Positions 38,068 through 50,050 of a stretch of DNA of 64,000 nt are shown here, piece by piece. The DNA is taken from the NCBI RefSeq assembly GCF_018350175.1, contig NC_058368.1, positions 169,572,001-169,636,000 on the forward strand. The letters are read 5' to 3'. Origin of the DNA: Felis catus (Eukaryota). Both the position numbers and the translations under genes were made by a program. Numbering within the stretch: the stretch's first letter is position 1; each line of letters begins with the position of its first letter. The notes beneath the pieces were generated by a model. That model was not told the origin of the DNA and ran no database searches. It worked only from the letters and a program-made list of their open reading frames with translations.

Positions 38068-38520
38068 TGTCACAGACTATGAGTCTGGAGTTCTCTTTTG
38101 TCCAGCAACAGAGAGGACGCAGAATTGAATACAAGAGAGGCTAATGTCCGGGAGGAGATAAGAGCCCCAAACAGGGGTTTTGTCTCCATATGTATTGAAC
38201 TCTCAAGATACTACCTGCATGGTGAACATTAAGAAAACAAGATCTTACACACATGAGGAATGTGAAGAAAACAGACAGTAATCATTAACTTGTGTGTGCA
38301 GGAAGCAAAGGGTCTGAGGGACAAGTGGAGTTGTGATCAAAGTACAATAGTACATTGGCATCAGATGGAAAGGAATTTCCTGCAGGTGATATAATAAGTT
38401 ACTCGTGATCCCATTACAATATCTTGCTAGCTAACCTCAGGCGCTTTTGCCCCGTAGTGGCAGCTTTCAGCCCTAAGCCTTTTTCTAACCCATTTATGTA
38501 AGTAGAACCTTTTCCCCACA
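38068..38520 (-). mobile_element. Solo LTR, ERVK/betaretrovirus-like, 453 bp
   Basis: TG...CA termini flanked by an exact 6-bp TSD aaagaa (38062-38067, 38521-38526); the minus strand begins TGTGGGGAAAAG. Confidence 0.85.
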
Positions 38521-38855
38521 AAAGAATTTTGTGGTAAGTTGAAAAAGAGTTTCCGTAAAAAGTCTTACCCTGTACTAAAATGGCAAAAATTATTTTCAGG
38601 ATTTTTAGTACTTAAAGCAATGGGAAAAAGCTATTTCTAAACATGGTTTAAATGGACACTGTTCATTTTCTTATATTGCTTAGAACTGAAATTGGTAATC
38701 TGTGTGTTGTCTGAGACTGTTATTTACAAAATATAATAAAATCAGAGTATATATGTTTATATTTCTTTTCGACTTAAACCCTGTTGGGTAATTTAGTTAA
38801 TATTACAAAAACTGCAAATATATATCACTTACACATTTTTGTTTTTTCTTGATAG

Positions 38856-39050
38856 GAAGAAGAAAAGAACTCTGTCAGTTACCCATCCCTTGTTAGCCAC
38901 ATAACTTCTTCTTTCCTGAATCATCCTGTCTTTACAATGATAGAAAAGATCCCCATGCCAACCCTTCAGCTGCTAGGTGAATTCTCTCCGTTAGTGTCAT
39001 CTTTGCCTTGTGACATTCATCTCGTTAATCTGAGGACAATACAGTCAAAG
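38856..39050 (+). CDS. MAN2A1: MAN2A1 coding exon (~exon 20), 195 nt
   Basis: ttcttgatag|GAA...AAG|gtacat; EEEKNSVSYPSLVSHITSSFLNHPVFTMIEKIPMPTLQLLGEFSPLVSSLPCDIHLVNLRTIQSK. Confidence 0.95.
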
Positions 39051-39134
39051 GTACATCCCAAGATATATCTATAAAGAATTATGATTTTGTAATATATTTG
39101 ATATAATGGGATGGGAAGCAGAAAAAAAAATACA

Positions 39135-39303
39135 GCTGGGGTGGGGGATGGGCTAAATGACTAATGGGCATTAAGGAGGGCACTTGTTGGCATGAGTACT
39201 GGGTGTTATACGTAAGTGATGAATCACTAAATTGTACTCCCAAAACCAATATTACACTATGTGTTAACTAACTTGGATTTAAATTAAAAAAAAATAAATA
39301 AAA
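39135..39303 (+). mobile_element. Carnivore L1 3' end, 5'-truncated
   Basis: gggatgggctaaatg..atgggcattaaggagggcacttgttgg.atgagtactgggtgttatacgtaagtgatgaatcactaaatt, plus A-rich tail. Confidence 0.9.
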
Positions 39304-39411
39304 TTCAAGAAGCCATGAAGAGTAAATTTATTTAGGTATGGGTAATGTAAAAGTTAATTTTCTAATACAAAAAAAATTTTTTTTTAATTATTGAACTTAA
39401 AAACATAAAAC

Positions 39412-39543
39412 AGGAGTGCCTGGGTGACTCAGTTAAGCATCTGACTTCGGCTCAGGTCATGATATCACAGTTTGTGAGTTCCAGCCTCACAACAGGTTCT
39501 GTGCTGACAGCTCAGAGCTTGGAGCCTGCTTCAGATTCTGTGA

Positions 39544-39574
<31 letters not shown>

Positions 39575-39665
39575 TCTCTCCCTCTCTCTCTCTCTCTTTC
39601 TGCCCCTCCCCCGTACTCACGCACTCTTTCTCTCTCTCTCTCAAAAATAAACATTAAAAAAATTT
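39412..39665 (+). mobile_element. Can-SINE with expanded (CT)n
   Basis: TSD-like ttaaaaacataaaa/ttaaaaaccataaaa. Confidence 0.94.
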
Positions 39666-39889
39666 CTTTAAAAACCATAAAATCTAAGTGCATGTGGATA
39701 TATGGGAAGGAAATATATAAAAATCATAAATAATATTTTGATCACAATTGAGATTTATTATAAAATTTCCTTTTATTTTTAAACTTCATGTTAAGCTACT
39801 ACATTATCCTCTCTAAGCATTTTTCTGTGCGTATATATATTTTTTTTAATGAAGTCAGGATTGTATTTCAAAAAAAAATTTTTTAATTA

Positions 39890-40438
39890 CAACTGACCCT
39901 TGAACAACATAAGTTTCAACTGGACTGGTCCACTTATGCAAATTTTTTCGATAAATACAGTACAGTACTTAATGTATTTCCTCTTCTTTATGTGTTTCTT
40001 TTTTAAAGTTTATTTTTTTATTTATTTTGAGAGAGAGAGCACAAGCAGGGAAGGGGCAGAGAGAGGGAGAAAAACGATCTCAAGCAGGCTCTGTGCTGCC
40101 AGTGCAGAGCCTGACACAGGGCTCAGACTTATAAAACGTGAAATCATGATCTGAGCCAACACCAAGAGTAGGACACTTAACTGACTGACCCACCCGGGCA
40201 CCCCCTTGTGACTTTCATAATAACATTTACTTTTCTCTACCTTACTTTATTATAAGAATACAGTGTATAATATATATAACATACAAAATATGTGTTAATC
40301 AACCATTTATGTTGTCAGTAAGTCTTCCAGTCAACAGTAGGCTATTAGTAGTTACATTTTGGGGGAGTCAAAATCATGCGAATTTTTGACCCTGTGGGGT
40401 ATCTGCGTCCCCAACCCCCTGCACTCAAGGGTCAGCTA
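39890..40438 (+). mobile_element. Tigger2a-like TcMar DNA transposon, interrupted by a SINE
   Basis: TIRs caactgacccttga...tcaagggtcagcta, flanked by TA on both sides. Confidence 0.88.
39999..40205 (-). mobile_element. Can-SINE nested in the Tigger element
   Basis: ttttgagagagagagcacaagcaggg...cacccgggcacccc. Confidence 0.93.
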
Positions 40439-41394
40439 TACTGTGAGTTTTTACTGTGCGTCAGGGAACTGTTAAGAGGCCTTTACCTTTAGGCAAAATC
40501 ATTACACCTTTCATTTGACACTTGATCTATAGTTTAGAGTGTCTTCAACTACTAATTTACATTATTCCCAGAAAAGTTCTGTGGATGAGAAGGTCAGGGA
40601 ATATTCTCTTTTTCTAGATAAGAGAACAAAAGCTGACCTGAAGTCACTTATTTGTGGGTGGGAGAACTAGGCCTTAAGATCAGCCCTACTGGTATTTTCC
40701 ATTTGTTTCTCCTTGTTGGGCACCGTTCTGAGGAGTTAGAGAAATAAGAAGCGTAACATTTAATTATTTTTGTATCAGAGGCCTTGTACATTCAGATCTT
40801 TCTCCTTAAAATCACTGCAACTCAGACCTTGCGTTGAGAAACCCAACTATTCAGAGACATCTAAAGACACACTAGAGGAAGAACCAGGGAAGGTTTTATT
40901 AGATACGGAATTTTAATTCAGACTGCTTTTATGGGCATGTATGCCTACTTTTAAAGTCAGAGATTACATATGAATAAAAAATTAGACGTTTGACATCATC
41001 TTTGTCTTTTGGAGAGCTGTTTTGATATTGTGAGCTGGCATATGCCTAGCTGGAAATAGTAAGTGTTCAGGGATTCCGTAGGAAATATATGGCCAGAGTA
41101 TGAAAAGGAGAGAGTGTTCATGTTTGAAGACAACATAAGAAGAGAAAAACGTTTAGTTTAAGAACAAAGAACTAAAGCAAACCAAGTAAAGTAAGGATAA
41201 ATGCCTGCGAATTTGGACACTTAGGGCTTTTTAAATTGTATGACCAAGATAAGGTACTTACGCCTAACTATGTAGGAATATACATATGACTTGTAATAAT
41301 GAATACAAGTGAATGCAAGAGGCCTGCGTGTGTATCTCTGTATGTCAAAAGCTTGTCTGATCATGAGAGCAAACCTGCAGGATGTACTTCATGC

Positions 41395-41750
41395 CTGGCC
41401 TGCTATGTGCCAGTTACAGCTAAAGGCATACAATCATGAGCAAAACAGAAAATAACCCCTGCCTTTCTGGAGTGTGGATTCTGGTGGGAGGAGAAAAATA
41501 AAGAAGATAAACTAAGAGACATAACATATTAGATGGTAATACATGTTAAGGAGGAAAACAGAGAAGGGAAAGGCAATTCTAGATGATGATGCAAGTTTGC
41601 AGAGTGTGGTTGGCAGAGGACCTTGCAGAAAAGATGATAGTGGAGTAAAAATGTGCAGAAAGTTAGAGAATAAGAGACTCGTGCAGATTTCTGGGGCTAG
41701 CGTGGTCCCGGAAGAGTTAAGAGAAAGTATGAAGGCCTGAAGGCAGATGA
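41395..41750 (-). mobile_element. L2 fragment
   Basis: ctatgtgccag...aaaacaga...ccctgcctttctggagtg, purine-rich. Confidence 0.5.
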
Positions 41751-42886
41751 TGTGGTGAAAATAGAAGCTCCACGTGAGCTGACCTTTTCTTTAATTCCTT
41801 GCTGCATCTTATTGCCTAAAAGAGTGCCTGCACATAGTAAGGGCTCAGTAACAATTTGCTGATTGAGCAAATCTTAAATGAGTGTTCTTTCTAGTGTTCT
41901 GCTACAGTCTCTTGTGGGTCTTTTTAAGTCACGGAAAGGACATACCAGAGATGGTAGCCTTCCTGAGTTTACCTGTCAGTTCATGTGCTAAAGGGAATGA
42001 ATGGATAGAATGGGGGGGGGGGGGGCAGGTAACAAAGCCCCTGAGCCTCAGGTTGCCACATCTAGGTATGGATGGTAGAGGATGGTAGAGCAACCTAAGC
42101 CTGAGGACTTCTGGGGCACATGGTGACCACTGTTCCTTAGCCTGTTTCCAGATGACCCTTTCCATGATTGTTTCCTAGAAGCAGTTCCAGCTGACTGCAG
42201 TCAGTAGGAGGAAGGTTTAATCCTCTCCAGTGCAGGGCTGTCACTTGTTTTCCAGATCACCTCTTTTTTATGGTTACCTGCTCCTTTCATTCTTCCTGTT
42301 TATTGCCTATCTTCCTGTCATACAAACCTCATCACTTCCCAGATGAAAAATTCCATTGCTACCCATTTGGTTCAGACCCTTGAGCATTCAGACCTTCTAG
42401 GGCCTGGCCTCCACTCACTGTATCCACCTAGCTTCCCTTGATCTTCTCACCTGTGGACAGGTGGACCACCACCTTTCTTGGATTGCTGGCTGAGTGCTGA
42501 CTCAGCTACCCTTTATAAAATGAGACCGATGTGAGATATGCCTGCTTCAGGTCTGTTGTGAGAAACAGATAAAATAATGCTGTGAAAGCCCTTTGAAAAC
42601 AGAAGTGTTTTGTAAACATACATTATTATCCTGATGATGCTTACCGTACTTGCCAGCTCAGGTGCAAGGTAGGATTTTAGCAGAGGAAATAGAAAGCAAT
42701 TTAACAATTTGACCAGGAAGAATAAACACTGAAATGCTCATGTTTAACTATAACTACTATGCTGGCACATGATCAGAACTAAGTATTTAGGTCTGCTTTG
42801 CATTATCATATCATTTGTTGCCAGTTCCTGTGTTGGTCTTTGATTCTTAGCACGTATTTCTAGCAGTTGTTTAAAAGCTTACTCGT

Positions 42887-43061
42887 GGGGTGCCTGGGTG
42901 GCTCAGTCGGTTAAGCATCCAACTGTTGATTTCAGCTCAGGTCTTGATCTCATGGGTCATGAGTTCAAGTCCCATGTCAGGCTCTGTGCTGACGGTGTGG
43001 AGCCTGGTTGGGATTCTTTCTCTCCCTTTCTCTCTGTCCCTCCCCAGCTCATGCTCAAGAT

Positions 43062-43111
<50 letters not shown>

Positions 43112-43117
43112 CAGACA
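42887..43117 (+). mobile_element. Can-SINE whose tail is a GATA repeat
   Basis: ggggtgcctgggtggctcag head; decayed TSD taaaagcttactcgt/taaaatcatactagt. Confidence 0.94.
43062..43117 (+). repeat. (GATA)12(GACA)2 tetranucleotide STR
   Basis: Counted directly. Confidence 0.97.
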
Positions 43118-43988
43118 TAAAATCATACTAGTAATGCTAGGGGATTGATTTGTCCATTGAAACTCACTTCTTTAAAGAGTTGCTGTCTGTCCCCTAAGCT
43201 CTAATAATAGGAAAATAATCTTTGAAAGAAGCCTGATGCAGATACTGATTCAATGAATGCTTGGTGCTTAAAATGTATCAAGTGTAATTCCATGGTTACA
43301 CTAAAAGAAGACAAAAATGACTCAGTGAAGAAATCCAGAAGCCAGACCTCAACATTTTCTATTGTGTTCCTGTTTTTGTGTTCTGGCAACTCCCAGCATA
43401 CGATAATGAATTGTTCCTTTAGAGATAGCACAGCATTTTTCCCATTGAAGTAATGTCAGCATAGCCATTGGGTTCCAAGCAAGACCAGAAGTCTAGTATC
43501 TAAGTAAACATTTTCCTACCTACCACCTCACAGTATTTCCATGAGAAATGGGTCTGAGAACCACCTTGACGTGATGGAGTCACACCTTTTTGCCTGCCTA
43601 ACTTCCTCATTGGCAGTGTGATAGAGGATGTCCCTACTTGCCCATTCCCCAGGCCACTGTCTGAAGTTTCCTTAAATTCTACACCTCACTTGGTCTTCTT
43701 GACTTCTCATTGAGAAAATGATTATGGGCTCACGCAATGGTGAGAGAGGCAAGGTAGGGTCTAGAGATGTGCTAATCCACCCAGGTGGTTATTGTCATTG
43801 TATACAGATCGTACCAGGGAGATTTTCAAATAGAGATTTTTACAGGTTTCCCCATCTCTAAGATTCTGACTGTGTAGGTCTGGTGTGGAGAATTTAGGAA
43901 TTACTAATTTTTAAAAACTCTCCTCATGTGTCTAGACCTTGCTATTATCTCCATTTACTAAATTGGGGAAAGTAAGAATTAGAGATTA

Positions 43989-44119
43989 GGGGTGCCTGGG
44001 TGGCTCAGTCAGTTAAGCGTCTGACCCTTGATTTCAGCTCAGATCATGATCTCACAGTTCGTGGGATTGAGCTCCACATCAGGCTCTGCATAGAGCATGG
44101 ATTCTGTCTCTTGTGCATG

Positions 44120-44174
<55 letters not shown>

Positions 44175-44187
44175 AATAAATAAATAA
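43989..44187 (+). mobile_element. Can-SINE with (TC)25 at 44123-44172
   Basis: Head, shortened body, microsatellite and aataaa tail. Confidence 0.94.
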
Positions 44188-46044
44188 GAAATTATATAGC
44201 TAAGATAAAATTACCCAGCAGTAAATATCAGAATTAGGACCCACATCCAGGTTTGCTGAATCTGGGTGCTGCACAGGGCCTCAGAGGGTAGTGTTTGACT
44301 TTTATTTAAGAGTCAGCAAGTCTGTTCCTCAAAGTCCAGTTTTTCAGGAATTGGTCTATATTGGTAGATGAATTTATGTTTTTATAAAAGTATATCTTGC
44401 TTTTATACTTGATATATGCTTTTGGAAAAAACTATGTGTCATATATTTGGAGTTGTGAAGATAGCAGCAAACATCTATTAAAACCCTGCCTCCCAGCATG
44501 CTGAGCACCCCAGCGCACTCCTGTCTGGGAATGTTGTCTGGGAGTGTAACTGTTAGCCTTCTCATTCTGTAGGTTCATCGTCCAGCTCCCTTCTCTTTAT
44601 CAACCTCCTTTTCTTGTACTATCAAAAGCTTGAGATATTAAAAAGAAGATTCTCTAAAGGCTTGAAAACTGGGGAACAGGAACATCACTGAAATGCACCA
44701 AACAGGAAAACCATGCTGTCAGGAAAGCCTATTGATTAACAGAGAAGGGAGTCTTGGTAGAGAGGATGCTGGGAGACTCTCACCAGGGGCCGGGGAGGGG
44801 AAGGGTGACAGATCAGGGGTCAGGGTTCTTTAGGCTGGAGTGATAGGTTCAGCCTAGAATGCTGACATTCTAGGGACCAGAAGGAACTTGATGAAGCTGT
44901 TTAATTAGGCAAACAACGAAAGATACGTTGTTCAGGTTTTTTTTCCCCCACTGCTTTTATGTTCAGGTATATTTTTATTTCATTCATTTATAGATATGTT
45001 ATCTTTATATCCACATTACATTTAACTCTGTTCTGTACAGCGTTTTAGTTTGGTTTGTGCTGAACTGTTTCTTACAAATAGTTCAACAGTCATTTACACA
45101 TCAGCACCACTTACTGAATAAGATTTTTCTCTTGTTTACACTGCCCCCTTTTCTTATAAGAAGCAGTTTAAGGTTTTTACTTCATTTTGCCTTCCTTACA
45201 AGAATTGATTAGTACTTTATTAATCTCCCTGACTTCTGGAAAGGTGAAAATTGTGGAGAAAATTTCTTTTGTTGTACATATCTAAGAACAGTCAGTCATT
45301 CACCTTCCCCTTTCTTTCTGTCATCTTATCTTGTTGATCAAAAAAGGGTAACTGTTATTGGACATTTTAATGAATGCCCTGGAAAATGAATTTCTACTGG
45401 TTATTTCCTGTGTCAGCACTGAAAATGCAGCATGCAATTTTCTAACCTTTCCAGTTGCCAGAATACACTGAAAGATGGGTGTTGGTAGGCATTTTGGAGG
45501 AATCTGGGCAGGTTGGAGAAATTTTCCCACCAGGTGTTCAGCCATGCCTTAATCTCTATTTATCTTAGACATTCTTTGTGGAGGGTGGGGACACATTTCT
45601 TTTGGAGAATTTAGTCAAAGTTATGGCTTTCTCTCTTCCACAAAAAAAAAAAAAAAAAGAAAAGGTACATACATAATGTTTATTACAGTTTCCAGAAGTT
45701 TACTGATCTGCCAACCTCACATCATTAATGAGCAAATCAAGTTTCTTTTGGTGTGAGACAGGAAGAGCACAGCTCTATATTTTGAGCTCTCATCCATTTT
45801 GATAAAGGAACATCAAAGAACATCCTTTTCTTACGAGGGACTGTCATGTGCCATGTGCATTTATCATTTTCAGAATGGCCTTAAATCCTGTTTATAATGG
45901 GAAGAATGGATGGATGATGGGTAGGCAGGCTGTGGATGGATAGAAATGACAGTTTCTAATCCTTACTTACTGAACTGATACCTTTTTTGATAAATCATGG
46001 TTTTAGTGCTACTGGAACCATTGAATAAATACTCCTTTTTTTCT

Positions 46045-46302
46045 GTTAATAATATTTTCTTACTGTTTTTATTTATTTTTTGGAGAGAGAAAGAGACAGC
46101 AGGGGAGGGACAGAGAGACAGAGGGACAGGGGGGGATAGAGAGGGACAGAGGATCTGAAGTGGGCTCTGTGCTGACAGGCTGACAGCAGTGAGCCCAATG
46201 GAGGGCTGAACCATGAGATCATGACCTGATCTCCCATGAACGATGAGATCATGACCTGAGCCGAAGTCAGATGCTCAACTGACTTAGGCACCCAAGCACC
46301 CC
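46045..46302 (-). mobile_element. Can-SINE with internal tandem duplications
   Basis: atgagatcatgacctga twice and gctgacag twice; tactcc(c)tttt on both flanks. Confidence 0.92.
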
Positions 46303-46459
46303 AGTACTCCCTTTTTCTAACTTCAAATCAAAGAGTGAGCCCCTTCAGGTTTTAGGCTTTTCTTATATTACATCAAAAGTAGTCTTCCTCTTTTCCCTCC
46401 TAGCTAACTGTGGGCACCAATCCATAGCTAGAGCAAAGGCAAGAAAGAGAAAGAAGCTG

Positions 46460-46685
46460 TTAAATGCACTTTGGAATCAAACCACCTTTTTGGAGTGTAT
46501 CCCCTCTATTACTGGCCAAGTGACTTAGCGCAAGTCACATTATTCTCCCACTTGCCTCATTAGCAACATGGCAATGATAACGGTACCCACCCTTAGAGAT
46601 GTTCTAAGGATTAAATGAGTTAATGGTTGTGAAGCGTTTAGAATAGTATCTGGCATGTAGTAAGCACTGAGTGCTTGACAAATGA
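46460..46685 (+). mobile_element. MIR
   Basis: aggattaaatgagttaatggttgtgaagcgtttagaatagtatctggcatgtagtaagcact. Confidence 0.85.
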
Positions 46686-46757
46686 AGTTTCTTAATGGTG
46701 ATAGTTCAGTCATGAGTAGTTGTAATTGTTACTAAAAGTGAAATTAAAATGTTGGCC

Positions 46758-46967
46758 CTTTTTTTTCTTGTGTATTTATTTTGAGATAGAGGGAGAGGCA
46801 GGGCATGAGCAGGGGAGGGGCAGACAGAGACAGGGAGACACAGAATCTGAAGCAGGCTCAAGGCTCTGAGCTGTGAGCACAGAGCCTGACGTGGGGCTCG
46901 AACGGTAAGATCATGACCTGAGCCAAACTTGGCCGCTTAACTGACTGAGCCACCTCCCAGGCACCCC
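46758..46967 (-). mobile_element. Can-SINE
   Basis: gagacacagaatctgaagcaggctc...cccaggcacccc. Confidence 0.94.
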
Positions 46968-47084
46968 AATGGTTTTTTTTTTTTTTTAATATATAAATTG
47001 GAGGCTGAAGTTCATTCCCAAAGTAAATCTTGATATCACTTTAACTTGTATTCCTCATGTATTTTTTGAAAAAGCTGAGCAGTT

Positions 47085-47305
47085 ATTAATAACACACCTG
47101 AAATTGTCTATGTGCCGGGCGTTGGGCCGAGTATTTTCTCTATATTCAGCTCTCCCAACGGTTCTATGAAGGTAGGCAGTATTGCGCCCCTGTTACAGAA
47201 GAGGAAACTAGCTGACCTAAAGATGGTAGGTAACTTACCCAGGTCACACAGCCAGTAAATGATATACTGGGAGACACATCCCAGCATGTGTGACTCTGGA
47301 TCCTC
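47085..47305 (-). mobile_element. MIR
   Basis: ttacagaagaggaaact...gtaacttacccaggtcacacagccagtaaatg. Confidence 0.8.
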
Positions 47306-47674
47306 ACCCAGAAACTTAGACTGCCTCTCACATGAGAACAGAAGGGGAGCAGTAGTGCTTAAAATGTTGAGGAACACTGCCTGTTTTTCAGTGACTACCC
47401 CATAATTATGGGACATGCTTAGAAGGATCTACCAGTCATTTGTGGGAAGCCTCCTGAAGGACGAATGTTGGGTCAATTAGTGATCATTGCTATTGGAGTA
47501 TAAGAGGAGATGCTTTGTGATAGGGATATTCCTGTGCATTTAAATGTAGTAACACAAACTTGTATACCGCCTCAACTATTCCAGAGGCTTTTGTGAGATG
47601 AGATGAGTTTATCCATGAAGAGTATTCTCTACAGGGTCCTGCTCACAACAAGTGCTCAAAAAGTGTTAGCTGCA

Positions 47675-47878
47675 GGGGTGCCTGGGTGGCTCAGTCGGTT
47701 AAGCATCCAACTCTTGGTTTGTGGCTCAGGTCACGATTTCATAGTTTCATGGGTTCAGGCCCCACATCAGGTTCTGTGCTGACAGTGCAGAGCTTGATTG
47801 GGATTCTCGCTCCCTCTCTCTGCCCCTCCCCACCTGCACGGTCTCTTACTCTTTCAAAGTAAACAAATAAACTTAAAA
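47675..47878 (+). mobile_element. Can-SINE
   Basis: aaaaagtgttag on both flanks. Confidence 0.94.
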
Positions 47879-48990
47879 AAAAGTGTTAGTGACAATTACT
47901 GTTAAGGTCACTGTGGTTGTGCCTGATCCCCAAAGGGGTGCTTCACGAGTCTCACCAAGTTTTCTAAGTTCTTGGAGGTTCAATGATGTATTCCCAGACA
48001 CATGACTGGTTCTTAGATGGGACCAAAGCAAACCTTGCCTCTGATTGAGCTTTTTCTAACCTCGATGGCTTTGTTCTGCAAGCCAGACCATCTTCTCTCC
48101 ACTCCCCCCGGTTGCCTGAGAAACCTCGCAGGCCCTGCCTAGACCAGAGCCACAGGTCAGTTTTTCCCCTGAAGTGAGTTCTGCAGTGGATTTTCCAAGT
48201 GACTGCAGAACGCCCAAGCCTTCCTGAAGGGAGTCAGCCTCAACCGTGGTCTGAGCTGTTTTACGAAGACACTTAATTTGAAGCTCTTGGCACAATTTGA
48301 AAATTTGTAAATTTCCTTCACTTCACCCCCATCCCTTTTTTTCCTGAGATCCAGATAGTCCCAATATATTAATGAATATAAAAGCAGGTATTTTCAGTCT
48401 GTTTACTCCCCTTGAGCATACAGTATCTTTTTTTGTGAAGGTATCTGTTTTCTTGCATGCATATTCAAGTTAAATTCACAGTTTCCCTACTTTGAAAAAC
48501 AGTTTTCTTGGAAATAAAATGATGAGACAGACTTTGAAACTGAAAAACTGCTGCTTTGCTTCAGGTATTTTTGCTTGAAAACTGATACTTTCATGAATAT
48601 TTAATTTTTAAAAACTTGGACAAGATGATTGCTATTTTAGTTGGTATGCTAGCCCTTAACAAAAGTGGTGCAGTTTTAGTTTTGAGAGAAAGTGTAACTT
48701 TTTTTCCCATCAATGAAAATTACTTTTCATTACTTTAATCTCTACTTTTGTATTGTTTAAATCTCTTGTAAAATTAATGCTAAAATTCCAAAGATGGTGT
48801 TTCCCTTCCTTATTATTATTATTATTTTTTGTCACTTCCAGTCTGCTAAAGGCCTTACACACACATTCATTATTTCAAGAGCAAATGTGTTACAGGAATT
48901 TTAGCAAAACCTGCTGTCAGATGGTTTTGTATGGATGATCTAGTGAATTAAAATGGCCAAAGCTTTAGGTTATAGTGATATGTGCATTTA

Positions 48991-49226
48991 TTTCATTTTA
49001 TTATTTTATTTTATTTTATTTCATTTTATTTTTATTTTTATTTTTATTTTTATTTTAGAGAGTGTGCAAATGAGAGAGAGGGGCACAGGAAGAGAGATAG
49101 AGTATTAAGCAGGCTCTACACTCAGTGCAGAGCCCAAAACAGTACTTGATTCCACGACTTTGGGATCGTGACCTGAGCCAAAATTAAGAGTTGGACTCTG
49201 AACCGACTGAGCCACCCAGGCACCCC
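48991..49226 (-). mobile_element. Can-SINE with (TTTTA)n tail
   Basis: TSD agtgatatgtgcattta/agtgataggtgctttta at 48974-48990 and 49227-49243. Confidence 0.94.
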
Positions 49227-49257
49227 AGTGATAGGTGCTTTTAAAACAGTCTCATCA

Positions 49258-49437
49258 GGGGAGCCTGGGTGGCTCAGTTGGTTGAGCATCCCGACTCGAT
49301 TTCGGCTCAGGTCATGATCTCAGGTTTAATGAGTTCAGGCCCCATGCTGTGCTCTGCACTGACAGCGTGGAGCCTGCTTGGGATTTTCTCTGCCTCCTTC
49401 TCTGTCTGCCTGTCCCCTCTCAAAAATAAACATTTTA
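49258..49437 (+). mobile_element. Can-SINE head-to-head with the previous one
   Basis: TSD aaaacagtctcatca/aaaaaagtctcatca. Confidence 0.95.
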
Positions 49438-49667
49438 AAAAAAGTCTCATCAATAAACCATCTAATCAGTGAGTCTGAATTGGGACTTCGTTATGATTTT
49501 GATGCGTAATTGTTTTATGTATAATTTGGACGGTCTCTGATTCCTAAGCTACAGAGTTATGATGTCAGTAAAGAAAATTTATGAATAAGAAGTTAAATGA
49601 GAGTTATCGTTTAATTTGTAGCTATTATTAAAATAATCACCAATAATTATTTGATTGTATTGATAGA

Positions 49668-50050
49668 AATAATAATAACTAAAATGTACTGAGGGCTTCC
49701 TACGCTACAGACACTGAGCTGAGTCCCCGTTAAACAGTTGAATTTCATTTCATCTCCATTTTATGGTAAAAGAAAATGGGGTTTTGCTAAAAGCAGCTAG
49801 TAAATTGCAGAGCTAGGATCTAGATCTCGAGCTGTCTGACTCCCACCCCAGGTTCTGACCCACTTTCTACAGCTTCTGCACCAACACATTCTGTCTTAAA
49901 AGCTAAGCCACCATACATAGCATTTTCAGTGGCTTAATATGTACCATGAGTCAATGAAGAAGGTAGATATGTATTAGCTCCATTGTACAGATAAGGAAAC
50001 TGATGCTTAGGTAATAAGTGATATTCCAAGGCTGTACAATTGGCACAGAA
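49668..50050 (-). mobile_element. Two MIR fragments
   Basis: catctccattttatggtaaaagaaaat...; ctccattgtacagataaggaaactgatgcttag. Confidence 0.65.
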
